A DNA stretch of 64,000 nucleotides. It comes from Candidatus Multivoradales bacterium (GTDB lineage Bacteria > Acidobacteriota > Thermoanaerobaculia > Multivoradales > Multivoraceae). A program made the translations under genes and the position numbers. Shown here piece by piece: positions 58,291-64,000 of this stretch (positions are counted from its first letter, which is position 1; each line of letters begins with the position of its first letter). The stretch is taken from NCBI GenBank assembly GCA_965223325.1, contig CBDCWI010000002.1, forward strand, positions 3,904,001 through 3,968,000. Reading direction: 5' to 3'. Below the pieces are notes generated by a model that ran no database searches, was not told where the DNA came from, and saw only the letters and a list, made by a program, of their open reading frames with translations.

Positions 58291-59500
58291 TGAGAGGCGT
58301 GATTTTTCGGCCCTGGTAGCGCTTTCCGCGTTGGTGTTGAGCGGTACGGTTGGGTCGTGGTCCTCGCGCTTCTGGTAGGTCGTTATCACGCCTCTCACTA
58401 GACGTCTTCCCACCCCCTGGCCCCTCAAGGGGCCGGCGCAAGCGGTCCGTCGTGCGTGCCTTGTGCGGTTGGCGTTCGCCCTGTAGTTGTGGCGGTGGCC
58501 TTCGGTTCGCTTGTCGCGCGCCTTACACCTCAGTTCGCTGGTGGTAGGCGCGTCGTCGTCGAGCCGCGTGTTTCGGGGTGAGAGGCGTGATTCGTGCTAG
58601 TGAGAGGCGTGATTGTTCGGCGTCTGGTAGCGCTTCCCGCGTTGGTGTTGAGCGGTGGGGTTGGATTGTGGTCGTCGCGCTTCTGGTAGGTCGTTATCAC
58701 GCCTCTCACTAGACGTCTTCCCACCCCCTGGCCCCTCAAGGGGCCGGCGCAAGCGGTCCGTCGTGCTTGCCTTGTGCGGTTGGCGTTCGCCCTGTAGTTG
58801 TGGCGGTGGCCTTCGGTTCGCTTGTCGCGCGCCTTACACCTCAGTTCGCTGGTGGTAGGCGCGTCGTCGTCGAGCCGCGTGTTTCGGGGTGAGAGGCGTG
58901 ATTCTTCAGTGAGAGGCGTGATTGTTCGGCCCTGGTAGCGTTTTCCGCGTTGGTGTTGAGCGGTACGGTTGGGTCGTGGTCCTCGCGCTTCTGGTAGGTC
59001 GTTATCACGCCTCTCACTAGACGTCTTCCCACCCCCTGGCCCCTCAAGGGGCCGGCGCAAGCGGTCCGTCGTGCTTGCCTTGTGCGGTTGGCGTTCGCCC
59101 TGTAGTTGTGGCGGTGGCCTTCGGTTCGCTTGTCGCGCGCCTTACACCTCAGTTCGCTGGTGGTAGGCGCGTCGTCGTCGAGCCGCGTGTTTCGGGGTGA
59201 GAGGCGTGATTCGTGCTAGTGAGAGGCGTGATTGTTCGGCGCCTGGGAGCGCTTCCCGCACTGGTGCTGAGCGGTGGGGTTGGATTGTGGTCGTCGCGCT
59301 TCTGGTAGGTCGTTATCACGCCTCCCACTAGACGTCTTCCCACCCCCTGGCCCCTCAAGGGGCCGGCGCAAGCGGTCCGTCGTGCGTGCCTTTGCGTTTG
59401 GCGTTCGCCCTGTAGTTGTGGCGGTGGCCTTCGGTTCGCTTGTCGCGCGCCTTACACCTCAGTTCGCGGTTGGTGCGCGAGTCGTCTTCGAGCCGCGTGG
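58287..59500. repeat. Tandem array of 4 x ~310-bp non-coding units
   Basis: Units start at ~58289, 58599, 58908 and 59218. Unit 1 has the perfect IR CTAGTGAGAGGCGTGAT/ATCACGCCTCTCACTAG; later units carry the same IR with small variants. Confidence 0.95.
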
Positions 59501-59733
59501 TTCGGTTCGCGAGTGACGTCCTCGTTGTTCGATTCGGGTGACGTGGCGTTTCGTCCTCTTGTGCGCGTCATCGGCTACGACTCGCTTTGCAGTGGGGATC
59601 GCCAGGAGGGATCCGGCGCGGGGCTCGTTCGTTACACTGGTAGGCGGCAGTCGTTCTCGGAACCCACGCCTCATCCTCGTCATCTCTCCTCCAGCGCAAC
59701 TCGTGGGGTAGTAGAGAGATCAGCCGTCCGGAG

Positions 59734-62700
59734 GTGTTGATGCGACGAACAGACCATAAGAATGACGGTGCGCGAACCCTGGTAGGGCTCGCCTTGGTGG
59801 CGGCAGTTTGCGTGCTTTGGAGGGTGCCCCTGATCGCCCAGGAGGTGCGACTCTCCGGTTCGGTGGTCGACGTCGATGGCCAACCGCTCGAGCAGGTGCA
59901 GGTCGTTCTCGCGCCGATGCCACTTCGTCACGCCGCGGGGACGGCACTTCTCGAGGGACGCGATCCTCGCTTCCCCGATGGCCCGGGCGCGGGAGCTGTG
60001 TCAACCGATGCCGAGGGCCGTTTCGAGATCACAGTCAGGCCGGGCAACCATCGCCTGCATCTGAGCCAGGGCGGCTATGTCGATGCGGCCCTCGATCTCC
60101 TGGCCCTGTTCGACGATCGAGGGCTTCAACCCATCGCCCTTGATGCCGCGGAAACCCTGCTAGTCGATGTCCAGGATGGCGATGGCCAGGCAGTCCCGGG
60201 TGCGGTGGTCGAGGTTTTCGGTCAACGCCCCAGCGCTTGGCGGCGGGGACGTGAGTTTGCTGGCGCCGTTCCGGGGACCGCTACGACCAACGCCCAGGGG
60301 CGAGCGACCTTCGACATCGTCGCGGGTGCCGAGTACAGCCTGGCGGTGCGTAGCGAGGGGCATTCATTGTCGGTGCTCCGGGGCGCTACCGGCGATCGAC
60401 AGATGGTGAGGCTCGAGGTGGGGTCGCCCGTCGTTTTCCGAGCGCTGGTCGGGACCGACCGGGTGGCGGCGGGCGCTCTGGTTCGGCTGGGTGGAGTGGC
60501 CGTGGGGGTCACCGACGACCAGGGCCTCGCCGTTGTCCACATCGCCAGCGAGACGTCACGGGCCTGGACAGTCGAGACCGCCGAGCTCGCGATGGCTTCT
60601 GGCGAGCTCGAAGCTGGACCTCTCGGGCCGGACACCGTCATCAAAGCGAAGGTCGAGGTGCACCACGCGCGCGGTCAGGTGATCGATCAGGCAGGTCGCC
60701 TGCCGATCGCCAACGCCTGGGTCTGGCATTCGCGCGACCCGGGGCGCGTTGTCACCAGCGGTCCGCGCGGCGCGTTCGACCTTCCTCTTCCCTCGAAAGG
60801 AGGGGGGCGGGTCTTTGCGGCTCTGCCGGGATACCGGATGGCCGAGCGGCGGCTCCAGGGCCAGAACACCGATGACCTGATCCTCGAGGTCGAACAAAGC
60901 CAGGCGCTCACCGGCAGGACAATCGACGCCGAAGGGCGACCGATTGCCGCTGCACGGCTCACCGTGACGCCCCACATGTCTGCCCGTGGTTCGCACCGTG
61001 CCCAGGTCGCAACCTCGGACGCCGATGGCGGCTTCGAAATCGGCGAGCTCGACGACCAGATCCCCTACACGCTTTCGGTCTACGCCCCGACCTGGAAGCG
61101 CAAGACGCTGCAGCTTCCTCCGGGCATCGTCGAGCCTCTCGAAATCGTTCTCGAGCCCGGGGTCGCAGCGCGCGGCTTTGTCGTGGATGCGTCGGGAGCG
61201 CCAGTTGCCAACGCCGAGGTCACTGCGACGATCGAGCCGCCGGAGTCGGCGACCTTCGAAGAGGTCGCCCAGTTCTCGATCCTCAACCGTTCTGGAATCA
61301 CGGCTGAAACTGACGGCGAGGGCGCCTTCACCTTCGCCGATCTCGAACCCGCAACCTATGAACTCGAGGCTCGTGCTCCGGGCTTCGCACCCTTGACCGT
61401 GCCGCGCGTGGAAATGGGCGCCGAGGAGGGGCAAGACATCGGAACCCTCGAGTTGGTTCCGGGGGCCACTCTCCAAGGACGTGTCGTCGACAGCGAAGGA
61501 GAGGGCGTCTCAGGTGCTCGCCTGATACTCAAGCGCACTGCCCAGCGACAGTTCAACTTTGCGGGGCGGAACGAAAAGGAAGCCGAGGCCACGAGCGACA
61601 GCGAGGGACGGTTCGACATCGTTGACCTCGCACCCGAGGGGACCTACACCCTCGTGGCGATGGCGACTGGCTTCGCCCCTCGGACTCTGGCGAACGCCAA
61701 AGCCGGGCGGGCCGAGGTGCGCCTCCTGCTCCGTCGCGAGGCGGCGATCGAAGGTCGAGTCACCGGCCGCGATGGTAAGCCGGTGCCGCAAGGGTGGGTC
61801 ATGGTCGAGAACGAGAACCTGCGCGCCGCTGGGACCTTCACTTTTCCTGGGCGGGAGAACGTCGGCGAAGACGGCACCTTTCGGGTCGGGGCCCTCGAGC
61901 CCGCTACCTACACCCTCCTCGCCAGCGCTGAAGGCCTGGCTGCTCAAACCCGCGCAGGGCTCACTCTCGAGGAGGGGCAGGTCCTCAGTGGAGTCGAGAT
62001 GGTTCTGGGAGAAGGCGCCGTACTTTTTGGTGTCGTCCTCGCTGGCGACCGCGTCCCGGTGCCCAACGCAAGAGTCCGAATCGAGCCCGACTTCCAGTCC
62101 ACGCGTGGCTCGCTCGCGATCCAGGCGGCCAGCAAGATCGCGATTTCCTCAGGCGACGGAAGCTACCGCCTCGCGGGCCTCCGTCCCGGACCGCAGACCG
62201 TGGTCGTACAAAGCGAAGACCATCCCGATCTCACGCTGTCGGTGAACCTCGAAGAGGGTGAGACCCGCCGCGATCTCGAGCTTCCAAGTGGCTATCGCAT
62301 CTCGGGTGTGGTCCTCGACCCCGAAGAGTCGCCGGCTCCGGGTGTCGACATTCGCGTTGTTCGCGGCAGCGGCAACCAGATGATGCGCGGCATGATGAGT
62401 AAGAACCAGAGCCGCGCCGACGGAACTTTCGAGACGGAGCCCCTGGCAGAGGGGAGCTGGGCGGTCATCGCCGAAGGTCGCGGCTTCGCTCCAGCCCGGA
62501 CCGACCCTCCGATTGAACTTCGAAGTGACGTTTCAGGCATCGAGCTTCGGCTCGAGCGGGGCGGTCGCCTCGAAGGCCTCGTCCTTGGGCTCGCTCTCGA
62601 CGATCTCCAGCGTCTCTCAGTGACCCTCATCCAGCAGAGCACGATGACCTTCCGGCAGGCTCAACCAGATCACGAGGGTCGCTTCGCGGTCGACGGGCTT

Positions 62701-63837
62701 CTCGCCGGAAGCTGGCAGGTCAATGCGCAAGTCGGACAGGGAGAGCGCTCGCTGCGGGAAACGGTCGACGTCGAGGTCGGATCTCCAACCGAGCTCACCC
62801 TCCGTTTCGAGGCCGGGTTTACAGTCGCCGGGACTGCAACGCGCGGCGGCCAGCCGGCTGCGAATGAGAGACTCCTGTTGACCGGGGGTCGTGAGGGGCA
62901 GAGGCAGGTGGTCACCGACCAGGCCGGGCGATTCTCCCTTGCGGGCGTCGCGGCGGGAGAGTACATCCTCCAGTCGGCGAGTGGAGTTGGGCGGCGCGAG
63001 ACGGTGCTGGTCGAGGCCGATCTCGATCTCGAGTGGCCCCTCGACGGGTCCATCGTGGAAGGCCGAGTCCTCACGAATGACGATCATCCTCTGTCCGGAG
63101 CGACCGTCTCGCTTTCGCTCGTCGGTTCCAGCCAGCTACGTCGCTTCGGTGGTGTCACCTCGCGCGCTGATGGCGGTTTCGTCTTCCAGGACGTCGCTCC
63201 CGGCGACTACCGCCTCCAAGCGACGGCCCCTGGTCGCGCGGCAGCAACCGTCGTCGTGACGGTCGACGAGACGGGCGTGATCGCTCCTGTCTTTGGCCCG
63301 GTTGACCTTGTGATGTCGCCGGCCGGTGCCCTGACGCTGGCGATCACCCGGGTCGACGGGACAGTCGTCGATCAGGTCACGCTGATCGCCCGGGACCTGG
63401 ATGGGCATCTCGTCTCGACTGCTTTCTTACAGGCTGGCAGCAATGGCCTGACGAAAGTCGACGGTCTAGGACAGGGGCGCTTTGACCTGACGCTCCTTAC
63501 CTTCGCGGATGCAGAGCGAGTCCGTGTCGACATTCCTAGTAGCGAACCCGTTCCGGTAGTGCTTGCTCCCACTGCCCGAGTCACGGTTCGGGTCCCGGAA
63601 CTCGAAGAGACGCCAACTCCTGCGAGTGCGGTCCTCTACGACCAGAACGGGGACTTGTCTCGGTTCACCTACGCCACCGACCTCGTACAGGGGTGGCCGG
63701 TGCTAGCGGGCGGCCTGTCCTTTACCCTTCCTGCCGGCTCGTACTCCGTTCTAGTGCGTGCGGCGAACGGCGACCGAGTGTGGAGGAAGGCCTTCACCGT
63801 TGCTACCGGAACTCCGCTCGAGGTGGTTCTCGAGTGA
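59734..63837 (+). CDS. Large secreted protein made of carboxypeptidase-regulatory-like (beta-sandwich) repeats
   Basis: Signal/TM segment; about a dozen repeats of G-x-V-x-D-x-x-G-x-P...TD-x-x-G-x-F...G-x-Y...GFA. Confidence 0.85.
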   Translation: MLMRRTDHKNDGARTLVGLALVAAVCVLWRVPLIAQEVRLSGSVVDVDGQPLEQVQVVLAPMPLRHAAGTALLEGRDPRFPDGPGAGAVSTDAEGRFEITVRPGNHRLHLSQGGYVDAALDLLALFDDRGLQPIALDAAETLLVDVQDGDGQAVPGAVVEVFGQRPSAWRRGREFAGAVPGTATTNAQGRATFDIVAGAEYSLAVRSEGHSLSVLRGATGDRQMVRLEVGSPVVFRALVGTDRVAAGALVRLGGVAVGVTDDQGLAVVHIASETSRAWTVETAELAMASGELEAGPLGPDTVIKAKVEVHHARGQVIDQAGRLPIANAWVWHSRDPGRVVTSGPRGAFDLPLPSKGGGRVFAALPGYRMAERRLQGQNTDDLILEVEQSQALTGRTIDAEGRPIAAARLTVTPHMSARGSHRAQVATSDADGGFEIGELDDQIPYTLSVYAPTWKRKTLQLPPGIVEPLEIVLEPGVAARGFVVDASGAPVANAEVTATIEPPESATFEEVAQFSILNRSGITAETDGEGAFTFADLEPATYELEARAPGFAPLTVPRVEMGAEEGQDIGTLELVPGATLQGRVVDSEGEGVSGARLILKRTAQRQFNFAGRNEKEAEATSDSEGRFDIVDLAPEGTYTLVAMATGFAPRTLANAKAGRAEVRLLLRREAAIEGRVTGRDGKPVPQGWVMVENENLRAAGTFTFPGRENVGEDGTFRVGALEPATYTLLASAEGLAAQTRAGLTLEEGQVLSGVEMVLGEGAVLFGVVLAGDRVPVPNARVRIEPDFQSTRGSLAIQAASKIAISSGDGSYRLAGLRPGPQTVVVQSEDHPDLTLSVNLEEGETRRDLELPSGYRISGVVLDPEESPAPGVDIRVVRGSGNQMMRGMMSKNQSRADGTFETEPLAEGSWAVIAEGRGFAPARTDPPIELRSDVSGIELRLERGGRLEGLVLGLALDDLQRLSVTLIQQSTMTFRQAQPDHEGRFAVDGLLAGSWQVNAQVGQGERSLRETVDVEVGSPTELTLRFEAGFTVAGTATRGGQPAANERLLLTGGREGQRQVVTDQAGRFSLAGVAAGEYILQSASGVGRRETVLVEADLDLEWPLDGSIVEGRVLTNDDHPLSGATVSLSLVGSSQLRRFGGVTSRADGGFVFQDVAPGDYRLQATAPGRAAATVVVTVDETGVIAPVFGPVDLVMSPAGALTLAITRVDGTVVDQVTLIARDLDGHLVSTAFLQAGSNGLTKVDGLGQGRFDLTLLTFADAERVRVDIPSSEPVPVVLAPTARVTVRVPELEETPTPASAVLYDQNGDLSRFTYATDLVQGWPVLAGGLSFTLPAGSYSVLVRAANGDRVWRKAFTVATGTPLEVVLE

Positions 63838-64000
63838 AGGTTTTTCGTGACGGTCCTCGACCAGGCCGTAGTTCACGCGGCCTGTCGAGACCGGCTGAGG
63901 TGTAGAGCCAGGTGTGAGCTGGCCCCTTCTCTGGCTGGTAGGCATTCTTCGGGTGATCGCGCTATCCTCGGCGACTATGCCTGAAACCAAACGAGCGTTC

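Noticed and set aside
58287-59500. CRISPR array
   Set aside because: The inter-repeat sequences are near-identical rather than unique spacers, the period is ~310 bp, and no cas genes are present.
58350-59516. Repeated 65-80 aa ORFs (e.g. MGRGPRASGRS...)
   Set aside because: By-products of the DNA repeat; no RBS or protein-like composition.
63977-64000. Start of a next gene (MPETKRAF..., possibly ribH) or a second TGAAAC promoter
   Set aside because: Truncated by the window edge; too little sequence.

Overview
High-GC chromosomal window from a diderm bacterium. The gene repertoire suggests Acidobacteriota/Thermoanaerobaculia, but this is inference only. The backbone is housekeeping: a SigW-like ECF module, proS, ilvA, two tRNA-Val, thrS-rpmI-rplT-pheS-pheT (no infC), a zapB-like gene, zapA-6S RNA-rny-ymdB, ispA-tlyA-nadK, tamB-bamA/tamA and ribBA. 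About 17.5 kb of accessory genes separate the zapB-like gene from zapA. The best candidate for an undescribed system lies in that block (28.7-39.4 kb). It has four parts: (1) a PilZ/YcgR-N/PilZ + LuxD-type acyl-ACP thioesterase + SAM methyltransferase fusion; (2) a membrane double histidine kinase (HK-REC-HK); (3) an MMPL-LolA-like fusion; (4) a convergent DUF1302-type outer-membrane barrel. Together these look like a c-di-GMP-gated fatty-acid-methyl-ester synthesis, sensing and transport module, analogous to Ralstonia PhcB/PhcS/PhcR. Other oddities: a vapBC islet bracketed by a duplicated ilvA 3' end, CTAG-ended MITE-like elements sitting on TAG stop codons, a 4 x ~310 bp tandem array, a dispersed palindromic repeat family, a RibBA lacking all three GTP cyclohydrolase II zinc cysteines, and a degenerate cyclophilin. 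All family calls come from motif recognition by eye; no database searches were run.
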